64,000 nt of DNA from Macrostomum lignano (taxonomy: Eukaryota). The notes under the pieces were generated by a model. That model made no database searches. It was not told the DNA's origin and saw only the letters and a list, made by a program, of their open reading frames with translations. The first letter of the stretch is position 1. Every line of letters starts with the position of its first letter. A program made the translations under genes and the position numbers. The DNA lies in the NCBI GenBank assembly GCA_002269645.1, contig NIVC01001935.1, positions 156,805-220,804 of the forward strand, given 5' to 3'. Below, piece by piece: positions 33,173 through 47,131 of the stretch.

Positions 33173-36100
33173 CTACTTCAACTTTTTCAGCGACTTCAGC
33201 CGTTTCAGGTTGGTCTTCAGCAGGTTGATATCTCGCGACAAGGTCGAAAGATCCAGGACGATGACCAGAACGCTGAACATGACTAGGATGATGATGACCA
33301 CGGCGCCGATGCTCTGGGCGCTGTCCGCCTCTTTGGCCGGTGGTACATAGTGCTTCCTGCCGGCCAGGTCCAAGTTCGCCGTTTTCTCTGTGAATTATAG
33401 GTGGGGACATCCGGGTTGTAGGTGGGGACATTCGGGTTGTGGGTGGGGACATCCGGGTTGTGGGTGGGGACATTCGGGTTGTAGGTGGGGACATTCGGGT
33501 TGTGGGTGGGGACATTCGGGTTGTGGGTGGGGACATTCGGGTTGTGGGTGGGGACATCCGGGTTGTGGGTGGGGACATCCGGGTTGTAGGTGGGGACATT
33601 CGGGTTGTGGGTGGGGACATCCGGGTTGTTAGTGGGGACATCCCGGTTGTAGGTGGGGACATCCAGGTTGTAGGTGGGGACATCCGGGTTGTAGGTGGGG
33701 ACATTCGGGTTGTGGGTGGGGACATCCGGGTTGTAGGTGGGGACATCCGGTTGTGGGTGGGGACATCCGGGTTGTGGGTGGGGACATTCGGGTTGTGGGT
33801 GGGGACATTCGGGTTGTGGGTGGGGACATCCGGGTTGTAGGTGGGGACATCCGGTTGTGGGTGGGGACATCCGGGTTGTTAGTGGGGACATCCGGGTTGT
33901 TAGTGGGGACATCCCGGTTGTAGGTGGGGACATCCAGGTTGTAGGTGGGGACATCCGGGTTGTAGGTGTTGACATCCGGGTTGTAATAGAGTGCATGTAA
34001 CATTTAGCTGCTTGAATGTGATTGAGCGAGTAGCACAAAACATTAAATGCGTTGTAGAGTATATCGCAGGTCCACTAAATGAGCTCCTTACGGATGCAGC
34101 TGGGCAGCTGGGTGATGTTCCACGTGCCGTCGCTCTTGCAGTAGGCGATCGGCTCTCCAACGCCCGTGTCGGAGGTTTCGGTGCACTGGAAGGCTATCAC
34201 GGAAGCGTACGGGTACTCGTCCGGGATGTTGACTGCAGCTGCTTCCACAGTTACGCGAGTGCCGTTGCCAAACTCGATGGTGACGTTGTTTTTAAAGCTC
34301 TTTGTCTTGATCAGGGTGCTGGCGTCGGTGCTGCGAGGCATCAGAGTGTCTGACAGACAGCTGACGGCTGCAGGACGTGGATGGAATTTTGCTTATTTGA
34401 CTACTTTTTGACTAAAGGCAAAATTTTCACCAGAACTACTTTATTCAGTGACTGGGAACTCTTGCCCCCTAGCAAAAAATGTACAAAGGACTTGCTTAAG
34501 AAATTCCGTCAACTTCAGCAAAGGCTACTCAATAAAAATATTTATTGGCTTAACTGGGTGTTTTATGTTTTCATTCTGTTTTCATAGCTCTATAATAGCC
34601 CATCAATCGTGGCCTGTTCATCCAGATGTGTGCATCATGCACTAGCTTACGCTTGCAGTTGATGGTCTTCAAATTGTTGAGGTCGGTGCCGTAGATGCCG
34701 ATCCACTGGCCGCTGATGAGGCTGCCGTTGCTCAGGTCGCACTTGATTATCTTGTCGAACTGCCTGTCCTCGAAGAAGTAGCCGGCCTGCTTGCACTTGA
34801 TGCTCACCTGGTTGGGATAGTAGGGGAAGCTGGACAGCTGGAATTCGCCGTACTCTCGCGAGTCCTCGCGGTTGTAAGCTTTGTACGAGATTGAGTTCGG
34901 GTTGATCACGTTCATGATGGGCTCGCACTTCACGGCTGGAATGAATTGCAGTTGAGTGCATCATGACTCGCACATTTAAAAGCTGACAATGACCTTCCCG
35001 TCTGTCTTTCACTTGGTTTGGCCAAATCCAGTTTAATGGGGTGTAGCATATCTGAGCTTTCGATGACACTCACCGGTGCAAGTGTTGAGGTCCGGCGGCT
35101 GCCATTCGCCCATGGTCTTGTCTATCCAGTTCTGGCCGCAGGCGACGCTGCTGCGCACGCTGGACAGGTTTGTGTAGGACACGTAGCCTCTGCTGCAGTT
35201 CACTGTAAAGCTGTCCGTGTAGTTGTAGAAGTTCGAGGTCAATACGGACTCGTACGGCTTCACGTGGGGAATCTTCAGGTCCGTCTTCAGCATGGTGGCG
35301 TTGCAGCGAATGGCTGCGGTTTTACAGGGGTGGCGGTTTTGGTTAGCTGACGCTTAAGGCAAACCAGCTATTTGTGAGTTCACGCTCATTCCGCTGACCC
35401 CCGAGCACGTACGCAAGGAAAAATTCACACAGGGTGTACAGCGGCACTGTCATTCTTTTCGCTAGCCAAATATGTGCAAGGGGATCGCAAAGAGATACGA
35501 GTTTGTCGCTTTTTGCAAGCTGGTGCTGGCGCCCCAACGATGCGCCCCTTCCAAATAAAAAATCCTGGCTATGACCCTGCGACCTACACAAGTAATTAAT
35601 CTTTAGGTCTCAACACAAAGTCACAGTAGCACAATAACTCATATGTAAATGCTACTCACGGTTGCACACCTCGATGACATTGCTGGCAAAAGATCCGTCA
35701 GCGAAGCAGTAGATCTGGTTGGCTCTCAAGCCATCGGCCGTGACCGGATAGGACACCTTGGCCGTGAGGCTGTCGCTGGCCCGGTAGAAGCCCGGCCGGC
35801 ACTGCACATTAATCAGCTGGCCGTAGTTGGCGGTGTCAGGGTAGAACTCCACGCCGTAGCTCGTGTTGGCCAGGCGCATCGTCAGGCTGTTGTACTGGGA
35901 GGCCAGTGACGTACTGGGGTTGCACGTGGCCGCTGATCGGGTTTATAAAATATTTATTAAGTGACAATACGCTCCTACTAGCGGATCGTTTATCACGAGT
36001 ATTGTGTACGGCGCACTAATATGTTTTTTTCATGTCATTTGCTCGTTAAACTTTGAACGCATGTAAAAGAATCCCTCTTGCGGTGACCAACTGACTGACC

Positions 36101-37654
36101 TTCATTTTAAGTCTCTAAATCTGCATCCAATAGTGATGTTGAGTTGTGACTCTTCCCGTCGCCTTGCCTTTAACTTGCTGCGACATGAACTCACCCGCCT
36201 CACGAAAGATTCGCTTCCAACTAACTTCTCGCTACTCGATACTCGTAGTATGTAGCTCGCAGGCGATCTCTTAATGTTAAGAAACCGGTACTGGCCTAGG
36301 TAAAGTGGTAGCCTTTGCCGTCAGATATCTTCTAAAGCGGACTCTCAGCAAACTCATTCACTTGAGAAGCTCTTTCCAGCCAGCTTACAGCAGCAGTCAC
36401 AGGGACCCCTCTTGCCTGTGCCTCACTGCAGTTAGCTAGCGCTCCCTCTATCACCCCTTACGAGTACGATGATATTTAGGACAATATATGATATTTAGGA
36501 CAAGCGAAAAATTCTTAGCGAGAAATTCGTCGATCGACGATTCTCATACTAGCGTAGACCCATTGTGAGTTTCTTCTATTCTTTTGTCCTGCTTCCCAGG
36601 TGCCTACTAGGTCTCACTACTGGTCTCACCAGATTTCTCGCAGAACACAGCGAGCAGGGCCCCGCAGTCGGCCTTCCGCAGTCCGGTACTCTGGCTCCAC
36701 TCGGCGTTATCCGCGCTGAACGTGACGGTGAAGAACGCGCAGCTGCCGCTCTGCGTAGCGCCGCCGCTAGGGTCCCAGGACGAGTTCTTGACAGTCAGGC
36801 CGCTTGTTTGCCATTGCCAGGTGCCTCCTGCGATAGTGTTGGAAGAAGTTCTTAGCGCTTGAAAAGCCGCTTTTGTTTACATTGGCTGGTCTTTGACAAT
36901 AGATTTAGTTGGCGTGACAATGTAGACATGCAAAAATGACAGTTTTTGGTTTCGGTTTTACCGACAGCTCAGCCGCAGCTATTGCGCAGCGCATCACAAG
37001 GATTTTTCAGGCCGTTTTCCAGTTTTCCAGGCCGCTGCCTGGCTATTTCTGTGAGCATTTTCTGCAGTACACCTTCGTAATGGGCTCTATTGATAGGCGC
37101 AGCTCTTCTAGGAAGTCGATTTAGATGCCTTCCTATGCATCCCAGAAAACGGTCGCCATGACTTTGGCCATGAAGTGCTCAGCTCGGAACTTCTTTTGAC
37201 CCGACGGATCCTTGAGGCAGCCACTCCTTTAACTGGAGTTTTACTAAGAATGGTCTTGGTAGATCCAAATCTCATCTACGTTTTAGATCATGCATGGAGT
37301 CTGTAGTAATTTATACTTAAGACCCAAAAGCAAAAAGTAACTTTTCTATCCCCAGGGCATAGAAAAGTAACTTTCTCTACGCACCATCGTTGACAGCGTC
37401 AGTCCAGATGCTGCTCCCGGTGGCCTCGGTCTTGATGCAGTAACGAAAGAAGTCCAGCGACTCGGCTCGGCTGTCCAGCTGAATGAGCCGAGCAGCGGCA
37501 GCACTGCAGACGCTTTTAGCCTCCGACTGGTTCACCGCCAGGGCGTTGCTGATCCGCTTGTAGCATTTGCCGGACAGCGGGTAGTAGTTCCAGCTGGCGT
37601 CGCCGCAGGCGTCCATTACGTTGGGAGTAAGAGCACTCGAAGCTGCCGAAATGC
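33173..37654 (-). CDS. Type I membrane protein with a C-type-lectin-like domain, four sushi/CCP-like modules, a TM helix and a short tail; signal-peptide exon not found
   Basis: Exons 37385-37654, 36630-36827, 35660-35932, 35074-35313, 34651-34935, 34092-34367, 33173-33387; the internal ones are all phase 1-1. CTL cues (GKCYKR...AKSVCS..AARLIQLDSRAE...IWTD...WQW), Cys-spaced CCP-like exons, TM SIGAVVIIILVMFSVLVIVLDL. Confidence 0.8.
33405..33985. repeat. 21-bp G-rich intronic repeat (gtggggacatccgggttgtag)
   Basis: Direct repeats visible in the sequence. Confidence 0.93.
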
Positions 37655-37879
37655 CTGCCAGCGATTAAGGGAAATTCGAGTCTGGGAGTTTTTGTCGCTG
37701 AATCTTAAAGCTTCTAGGGTCTATTCTAATGGTGCAGGCATGATCCAAATCCAGATGAACTCACTCAACAACATCTAAGAACGGAATAAGTATAAAATAC
37801 TTTCTGTGGCAACCAGCCAACCAAATAACTCCTATGAACTGTTCTTTGCGCCGCCTGAGGCACTCAAAAGCTGGACCCC

Positions 37880-38100
37880 TACTGCCCCTGAGCCACTCTT
37901 AGGAGCAGCTCATACCGCCCTTTAGCCACTCTCAGGAGCAGCTCACACCGCCCCTGGGCCACTGTTAGGAGCAGCTCACTGCTCACACCTCCCCTGAGCC
38001 ACTCTCAGGAGCAGCTCATACCGCCCCTTAGCCACTCTCAGGAGCAGCTCACACCGCCCCTGGGCCACTCTTAGGAGCAGCTCACACCGCCCCTGGGGCA
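37880..38100. repeat. ~40-bp repeat (gccactctcaggagcagctcacaccgcccct...)
   Basis: About 5 degenerate copies. Confidence 0.8.
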
Positions 38101-41100
38101 CTCTACCCAGTGACAAGCTCTACCTAGGCACTCAGTTTAACCACCTGTGCACTTGCATAGTTTTCCCATGCAAATGTGTATTGGACTCGCATCTTTCAAG
38201 TGGCTATTGTAAAATCTTCACACAACTGTTTCTGCAAGCAACTCACTTGCTTCTACTAGGAGAAGACAATAGCAGTTTTGTAGAGACAACAGGTGTGAAT
38301 TGTGGGATTTGCTGAGAACTGAGAACTTGTCTGTTTAGTTGGCTTGTCTACTCCATATATCTGCCCCTGCTCGGCATGCAGTGCAAGCAGTAGCTATCGA
38401 TCTACGTGATGTTGGGTGAGAGCTTGCCCTCAGCATCTGTTCTGGAGATTTTACCTGTTGCTGGGAGAGTTATTGAGCACCTGCCATTGCATCCACAGTT
38501 TTCAGTTTAGATGTGTAGTTTGCGACACTCGTTATTTTTACACATGCATGAATGATGCGCGCTATGCAGATGTCGGTGGCGTAGCTAAAGTCAAATGAAA
38601 TCAACCCCCCCCGCTCCCAGAAAAGATACCCTGCTTTAATGAAAGCTCCTGTCCAACATCATTGCCAAATGTACGTATTTCCATAGCCCTTTACATGTAC
38701 GAGCTAGTTAGGGTTCGATTTCAATGGATCTTTCAAGCCCGAATACCACAGCAGCCATGTTTCATTACTTTCACTCTGTTTCTGAGCAATCATAGTACGT
38801 GTATTCTACGAGCGTAAAAGTGCTAGTAGTCACTAATTATTGGCTATAATCTTATTAGAGGCTACACAAAATCACCGATGTCACTTACAGATGAGCAGAA
38901 AACAGAAGGCCGCGCTGGTTACGATGCCCTGTGCCAACATTCTCGTTTTTCTAGAAAGTCAAATCGTCCGAGCTTTGTAGAGTTTTGCTGGCCCAACGTC
39001 TATGCAGCAGCTGGATAGTTGCTTCTCCGTAAAGCTGCTATCGAGAATTAGAGACGGCCCAGGAGAGAGTCAGGTGGAGGAATCGGCTTAAAAGCTCCCC
39101 GGCTGAGCAGGCCGCCGGCCGAGGCAGGCCGACCGATTGAGGGGGGATATTTCTCGTTGTCAAGGAGACTCAGAGACAAAAGAAACACAACAGCAAAAAC
39201 CGTGTAGCCAGAATTGAGCTCCCCACCCCCAATCATTCCAGGCTCCCAAATCCTTCCCGGCCAGCTCATTCCTACTCCATCTGCTGCAACTCATCCCGTC
39301 CTGCAGCATCCCAAATCCCACATCTCGGGCAAATTGGGGGAGGGCAACAGCCACCCGCCAGGACGAAAGACGAAACTCCATCAGAATTTCGGGTGTTCCA
39401 GCTTCCGAGCCGTGTCCCCGCTCACCCGCTCCGCCCCAGAATTCTCTTCTCCGCTTTGTTCTTTGGCTTTTTTCACTCTGCCTGCAGCAGCCGCTCAGGC
39501 ATGACTGTTGCTCAGTCTGGCTTTCTTTCGCAAATATTGGAGGCCGAGGCGGGGTTTTGGCCGGGCGCTGGATCGACAGAAACATTTATGGGGGGGGGGA
39601 ATCGCGCATTCTGCTGCAGATTCGTGAGCTACATGCATACATAGTTTCCACTGAGACGAGCGATGAAGCGCAGGGACAGAGAGAGAGAGCTGATGTCTGG
39701 GCTGGCATGGCTTAGCAATTACCCTCCTTCTGCATACGGGTTGCTACGCTCCCGAGGGCCTACTGCAGGCGGGTCGATCGCTCAAACACCTGCTGCCAGT
39801 TCTCGCGCAAACAACCTCTCAGGCGGTTCTGCTCAGCTGGAATTGGGAGACACGGCAGCTGTAGAGACAAGTTCATAGACTTGCTTTCCCTAAAATCATC
39901 AGAGTTTATTTGTCAGACAAAAGTTCTTATAGCGTTATTCTGTAATGGAAAAACATGCATAGGGAGTTTCGCATAAACAGTAGCGTGAGTCATTTGCCCC
40001 AGGCACATCAAGCTGGCTGGGTGCAGTCGCCCCACCAGCCAGGCGTGCTGAAGCCTACGTGCGAACACACCCAAGCTCTCGATCCCGGTTGTGCACCGCC
40101 ACAATGTAAATGTAAAAGTAAAGCTGGATGCAAGTCGAAATTTTCGATGCGGCGCAGCCATGTGCACTTGCAGTGTGGGCTTGGTTGTAAATTTAGTGAG
40201 CAATTCAAGGCTTTTTGGTACCAGTATCGAGGTATGGCATACAGTGTTGAAAATTCGGAAGAAATTTGAATGAAATTCGAATGCGTACATGTATACTGTA
40301 CATGAGCATGCATCGATTGTAATTCATGCAACGTATAAGTAGGCAACGTAAAAATATAAGTGCTTCATGTAATATAAATTATTGTTATATGTGTTTGTAT
40401 AACTAACACATGCATCAGGATTGTTTGTTACACCGGAACCAGTAACCATAGAATTTCATTGAGCATTGAGCACGCGTTCTTTGTGTTGTCCAAATTTTCA
40501 AAATCGGCTTTTACACGATTATTTTGTATCGCTCGCTCGCTAGGTCCATCCAATCCATATGCACCAGTGACCAGTCACACCCATGAACCGATGAATAACT
40601 TTTTCGCCACCAACTTAGCGTAGCTTAGGCCTAGCGAAAGTTTTTATCGCGATTTGGATTTTTCGGAAGCAGATGCAAGCAAAATCAGAAGATAGCTTGT
40701 CTTATAATTTTGCAAGCTGCTTTTTTAATTGTTATTGAAATATAGTTAAATAGTATAGCATTAAATGACTAGATAATTAACTCTATCAATCATGTCTATA
40801 TCCTCAATGACTGTATTATAAGACCTACTCCTTCTGAAAGACAGCTGTTTTTTTATTCTGGACTAGGGCCTTTGCATCCTAAGGCTAAGGTGCTAATAAT
40901 AATATCTATTGTACTTATAACTTACAGTGGATCGTCTTGACTTTGGTTTGGTTGACAGGATTTTATTATTAGTTACCACTTAGCTTTGGTTTAGGATTAG
41001 AGGATACAAGTATACAAGTTATAAGTAGATATTCTAATAATCTCTTGCTAATAACTCAAGGTTGAAGAGGATACTTTTTGGAATTGAGGCCTGTGCCAAT

Positions 41101-42293
41101 GGGCCAAGTAAAGTGGACCTATCCAATATTAGGGTCAAAATTATTACATTTTGTTAAGATCTTCATGGGATTTACAACCCAAGGATTTTTGGCCTTTTGG
41201 GATAGGCCCTAAGTTCTAAGTAGTTTGCTATTGAGATCATATACTTATCTAGTATCTACTATCTATAAGTTTTGAATAGGGACCTAGCCTAGTATATAGA
41301 GGATTGGATTGTAGATATCATATTAGAATTTAGGGATTAGAGGTTATTTAGTAAGATCAGGATCCAAATTTTTGAAATATTTATAGCTTTGGTTGACATA
41401 AGATTTTATTAGTTAGCTTAGCTTAGTATTTAAGGATTTAAGTATGAATGGTCACTAAACTCTAAAGTAGTCCCTAGGCCCTAGTATCTAAATTAAATAG
41501 TGCATTTCAATTATAACATAAAATTTTTATTGGTAGAGATTATAAAATTTATGGCCTAGCCTAATTTTATATATTCAATATTTAAAAAATGTATTCTACC
41601 CAAGAGTCAAGACCTATTATATAATCTTAACTATGATTATGAATAGATTTCTTTGTATTTATAGCAATAATAAGCCCTTATGTTAATTTATAGGCCTATT
41701 ATAATCATTAGTTTATTATTTGTTAAACTTTTTATATTTTATACAATATAATATAAAACCTATAGTTCAATAGGGGCCTAGTTTAATTAAATAGCTAGAA
41801 AGCTCTTCTATAATCTACAATATGAATATTTTAATAAGGTTTACACCAAAAACAGCCTTTTGTAAAGTTGGCATAAAATTTAAAATCTTATTGCCAAAGC
41901 ATTTTGGGCTTGGTTTTCTTGTATCTAAGATGTATCATTTTATTAGCATGACACATATTTGAGTCATTTTTAAAACTATTGTGTTAGATACATGTTTGTG
42001 TTTATAGTTAAAAAATTTTAAACTTGAAATAGAGACAATGGTTTAATGTGTATCAAATTGCATCTTGAACTAAAGTTTAAAAACAAATACATTTATCTGT
42101 TAATTTGCTTTTTTACTAGTCATTATAACAAAGCCATTGGGAATTTAGCAGCACTAGATATAATACATAAGTAATCTACAATTTAATAAAACAAGTTTTC
42201 ATATTAGTTTTGGTTATCAGTTTTGTTTTTCAAATTTAACGAATATCTGCAATCACCTAAATGCATGCCTAGAAGTCAGTCAGCCCAAGCCAA

Positions 42294-42743
42294 ATGCCAA
42301 AACCAACTGACAAAGCCGCCACAACCGCCAAGTCTGCAAAGCAGAAGCCGCAGAACAAGCAGGCTGTGAGGCGGATCGCCCACCTGCAGGCGGTGGCTAG
42401 GCTGCTGGCCGGTCAGGGCGGCCAGGCTGGCCAGATGCTGGCCAGGCAGCATGCCGAGGCCCTGTTCACCCTGGCCGAGAAGTCGCAGACCCGGCCGCCG
42501 CCGCTGCTTCGACGCGGCTTCTGCCGACGCTGCCGACTGCCGCTGGTTAGCGGTGTCACCGCAGACATTCGCTGCCGACGGCGTCGGCGGCACCGGCGGA
42601 TGGTTGGCGTGGTGACGTGCCGGCTGTGTCGGAGCTTCGCCACGTACGGGTTCCGCCAGTGCGACTGGATTCGGGCGGTGCTGCCGGGGCCGCCAGGGTC
42701 GCAACTCATCTGCGAGACATCTGCAGTCCCGCGCCTGCATTGA
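42294..42743 (+). CDS. RPP21: RNase P/MRP subunit of the Rpp21/Rpr2/SNM1 family, intronless
   Basis: RIAHLQAVARLL...LARQH..ALFTLAEKSQ...RRGFCRRCRLPLVSGVT...VVTCRLCR, a CxxC...CxxC zinc ribbon typical of Rpr2. GC-rich coding-like codon usage. Confidence 0.8.
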   Translation: MPKPTDKAATTAKSAKQKPQNKQAVRRIAHLQAVARLLAGQGGQAGQMLARQHAEALFTLAEKSQTRPPPLLRRGFCRRCRLPLVSGVTADIRCRRRRRHRRMVGVVTCRLCRSFATYGFRQCDWIRAVLPGPPGSQLICETSAVPRLH

Positions 42744-43119
42744 ACGTTTTGTGCATTTTGGTTGGCTTAAAATCATCCAATTCTAGACAAAACTTGCCCC
42801 CTTTTTATACTACTTACTAGTAGGGCTGCTAGTAGTAGGCCTAGTATGGTAAAATGACTGCTGCTTTTGCATTTGAAACTGAACTTTCTTTGTTCAAGGA
42901 GAGGGACTGGGTTAATGCAAAATTTATCTACAGTATTTAAATACAAATAAATGCCTGTTTTTGCTTGTTAATCAGGTAATGTTCGTGTTTATTTTACACA
43001 TTTCGTTGTTTCTGTCACTAATTTTTTAAATGTAAACTGGTACCTTAAAACAGAAAATGTGAAGTAGACTGGTGTGTCTTTAAGCGTGAACTGAAATTCA
43101 AACTGGTAACTTGAATCAT

Positions 43120-43560
43120 AAACTTCAAGGTAAACTGATATTTTTAAACAAAAAAGTTAAAGGTAAACTTCTATCTTTCAACACAAACTGCAATGCAAAC
43201 TTGTATTTTGAAACACAAACTGCAATGTAAACTGGTATTTTGAAACACAAACTGCAATGTAAACTGGTATTTTGAAACACAAACTTCAATGTAAACTGGT
43301 ATTTTTAAACAAAAAGTTAAAGGTAAACTTCTATCTTTCAACACAAACTGCAATGCAAACTTGTATTTTGAAACACAAACTGCAATGTAAACTGGTATTT
43401 TGAAACACAAACTGCAATGTAAACTGGTATTTTGAAACACAAACTGCAATGTAAACTGGTATTTTGAAACACAAACTGCAATGTAAACTGGTATTTTGAG
43501 TCATGAACTGCAAGGTAAACTGGTATTTTGAGTCATAAACTGCAAGGTAAACTGGTAATT
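43120..43560. repeat. 32-bp repeat (gaaacacaaactgcaatgtaaactggtatttt)
   Basis: Direct repeats visible in the sequence. Confidence 0.88.
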
Positions 43561-44199
43561 CCGCCACTCGTAAAGTCAAACTTGATATGACTTCAATGCA
43601 AAGCACAGACTTTTTTAGGCTTGGGCTGGCCTCGAAGCCCACACACTGGGTGGGCCATTCCGTCTATCTTAGGAAATTTCTTTTGACTTTCCTTTAGTTT
43701 GCTTCGGGTCTCTGCCATATATCGTACAAGAAAATGGAAGCCAATTAAAACTTTGTCGCAACCGCAATGAACTCCTCGAGGGCAGAGCTTGGTCCTGTTT
43801 GGGACACCGCATGGGGACCTGCATTGTTTATTGGCTAATGCTGCATCAAGGATTGGTGGAAGCTGCTCCCTGCGCCCCGCGGCCGAATGAAGTAAATTAA
43901 GCGAATCTGCAGGCCTCCCTGCGCCGCCGGCTTTAATGCGTTCAAGAATTGCCGGCCGGGTTTCTTGCTCCCGCGATCCCCAATGCTGAAGCTTCTTTGT
44001 ATTTGCATGTCGTGCTTTGGAGCCTGGCTGCATTCTTTCGATATTTACAGAACAGCAGAACTTACAGGGTGCAGGCGGCTGGGAGCTTCTGCTGGTTTTG
44101 CTCAAGGAGTCTTTAAAGCAAGCCTTAGATTTGGATTGGAAGTGTTGGAGGTGCGCAGAGTGAATCATTTTTAAACGGCAATTTTTCAGTTCCAAGACG

Positions 44200-45965
44200 C
44201 TTGTTAGGTCACCAGATCGCCATAGATTAGCAATCCAATTGATATTGTTAGGTCACCAGATCGCCATAGATTAGCAATCCAATCGATATTGTTAGGTCAC
44301 CAGATCGCCATAGATTAGCAATCCAATCGATATTGTTAGGTCACCAGATCGCCATAGATTAGCAATCCAATCGATATTGTTAGGTCACCAGATCGCCATA
44401 GATTAGCAATCGAATCGATACTGTTAGGTCACCAGATCGCCGTAGATTAGCAATCCAATCGATATTGTTAGGTCACCAGATCGCCATAGATTAGCAATCC
44501 AATCGATATTGTTAGGTCACCAGATCGCCATAGATTAGCAATCCAATCGATATTGTTAGGTCACCAGATCGCCATAGATTAGCAATCCAATCGATATTGT
44601 TAGGTCACCAGATCGCCATAGATTAGCAATCCAATCGATATTGTTAGGTCCCTAATTGCTATAGATGTGGATTAGCAATCCAATCTATATTTTTAGGTCC
44701 CCACTTCCTATAGATGTAGATTAGCAATCCACCGTATACTTTTAGGTCTCCAGATCGCCATAGATTAGCAATCCAATCGATATTGTTAGGTCACCAGATC
44801 GCCATAGATTAGCAATCCAATCGATATTGTTAGGTCTCCAGATTGCTATAGATTAGCAATCCAATCGATATTGTTAGGTCTCCAGATTGCTATAGATTAG
44901 CAATCCAATCGATATTGTTAGGTCACCAGATCGCCATAGATTAGCAATCCAATCGATATTGTTAGGTCCCTAATTGCTATAGATGTGGATTAGCAATCCA
45001 ATCTATATTTTTAGGTCCCCACATCCTATAGATGTAGATTAGCAATCCACCGTATACTTTTAGGTCTCCAGATTGCTATAGATTAGCAATCCAATCGATA
45101 TTGTTAGGTCACCAGATCGCCATAGATTAGCAATCCAATTGATATTGTTAGGTCACCAGATCGCCATAGATTAGCAATCCAATCGATATTGTTAGGTCCC
45201 TAATTGCTATAGATGTGGATTAGCAATCCAATCTATATTTTTAGGTCCCCACTTCCTATAGATGTAGATTAGCAATCCACCGTATACTTTTAGGTCTCCA
45301 GATTGCTATAGATTAGCAATCCAATCGATATTGTTAGGTCCCTAATTGCTATAGATGTGGATTAGCAATCCAATCTATATTTTTAGGTCCCCACTTCCTA
45401 TAGATGTAGATTAGCAATCCACCGTATACTTTTAGGTCTCCAGATTGCTATAGATTAGCAATCCAATTGATATTGTTAGGTCACCAGATCGCCATAGATT
45501 AGCAATCCAATCGATATTGTTAGGTCACCAGATCGCCATAGATTAGCAATCCAATCGATATTGTTAGGTCACCAGATCGCCATAGATTAGCAATCCAATC
45601 GATATTGTTAGGTCACCAGATCGCCATAGATTAGCAATCCAATCGATATTGTTAGGTCACCAGATCGCCATAGATTAGCAATCCAATTGATATTGTTAGG
45701 TCACCAGATCGCCATAGATTAGCAATCCAATCGATATTGTTAGGTCTCCAGATCGCCATAGATTAGCAATCCAATCGATATTGTTAGGTCACCAGATCGC
45801 CATAGATTAGCAATCCAATCGATATTGTTAGGTCACCAGATCGCCATAGATTAGCAATCCAATCGATACTGTTAGGTCACCAGATCGCCATAGATTAGCA
45901 ATCCAATCGATATTGTTAGGTCACCAGATCGCCATAGATTAGCAATCCAATCGATACTGTTAGGT
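44200..45965. repeat. 44-bp minisatellite (gttaggtcaccagatcgccatagattagcaatccaatcgatatt) with recurring paired variant units
   Basis: Direct repeats visible in the sequence. Confidence 0.95.
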
Positions 45966-47131
45966 TTGTTTGACAGAAGAAGCTGTGTCGAATTCGGGAA
46001 GTTGTCAATTTTTGAGTGACAGGCATCCGTCAGAGGTTGCCCCAGGATTCAGACAGGAACTCTGTTGGATTCTGTTTGCTCTGTTGAGTCGACTCCGATA
46101 AGTCGCACGATAATACTCACTTCTCTGCCGCATGAGCAGCGTGCAATGATAGCTGCAGGCCTTTGCAGTGTTTCTTATGCCAGCAACTGCTCAAACCTGT
46201 GGGTTTCGGGTCTGGGAGGCCTGGAGCTGCCCTGAAGCCGCCATCTGGGGGAATCCTTATCCATTTTCCCCTGGCCCGCCAGCCATGGGGTAACGGGATC
46301 CCCGAGATCTGAGCTCCTATAGCTCTCTCTCTCTCAAATGCAAACACAGTCGAGCATTCCTGAGCAAACAGCTCAGCCGGGCCGCAGCCACAGCTGTGAC
46401 GACAGCACGCAACACGGCAGCAAGAGTGCACTATTGGTGTCAGTTTTGAATTCAGCTATCGCGGCTATAGGATGAGGCAAATTCATATAAAACCAGTTGA
46501 AACTGCTGCCCTGCTTGTTGCAGGTCAGGTCGTACCCAGGCCTAAGATGCTATTTACATGGGTGATGGCGCTAAATTGTATTTTTCCGTACTGACGTGTC
46601 ACCACTTTGGTCAGCACTGGAGTGTCCAGCACTCTTGATTAGCCTTAAAATTGGACCAAATAGCCTCCAACAGGCAATTGGAACCAAAATTCTTCCGTCG
46701 CAGCAGGCAAAAATTATGCCGAGCCAAAGCGCGAGCACTTGCAAGCAAAAATGCGCAGATACGCAGAGCAGACAAACTAAGATAAGCCGCACGCCCACCC
46801 CCTCCCTGAGTGACCAAGCAAGATAAAAGCAGTTTCCGAACTGATAAGGGCTGTGCAGGGACACGAAGAGTGTTGAGAGCATTTTCGTAAGCTCGCACAG
46901 ATCCCCGAAGGTTTGTGTGCTCAGCTGGACTGAAAAAAGCTTGCCTGCATACCCGGCACTGGGGATAGAGATCCCCCATCTTCCGGCTCAGGCAGTCTTC
47001 CCTCCTGCAGGGTGTTTGTCCTCCGCTGCCCTGCCATTGGCTCCAGGCTGGGCCGCACCCACATCGCTGAGCCAGCTGCTATTACCTGCTGCGCCAGGCC
47101 TCAGCCAGCTGACAGCCCCCTGACCGAAGCA

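Noticed and set aside
9764-33990. Many long repetitive ORFs (e.g. 20219-23746 VQGDSSGWFRAIL..., 11382-13059, 24530-26411, 28575-29440, 33153-34038)
   Set aside because: They are translations of minisatellites that lack stop codons, are open in several frames at once and lie in introns or intergenic DNA.
39048-39269. Candidate signal-peptide exon for the lectin/sushi gene (YTVFAVVFLLSLSLL)
   Set aside because: No convincing phase-1 GT donor was found, so it is left unassigned.
43593-44195. 200-aa minus-strand ORF
   Set aside because: Non-ATG start, no recognisable domain, no splice support and a composition unlike confirmed exons.
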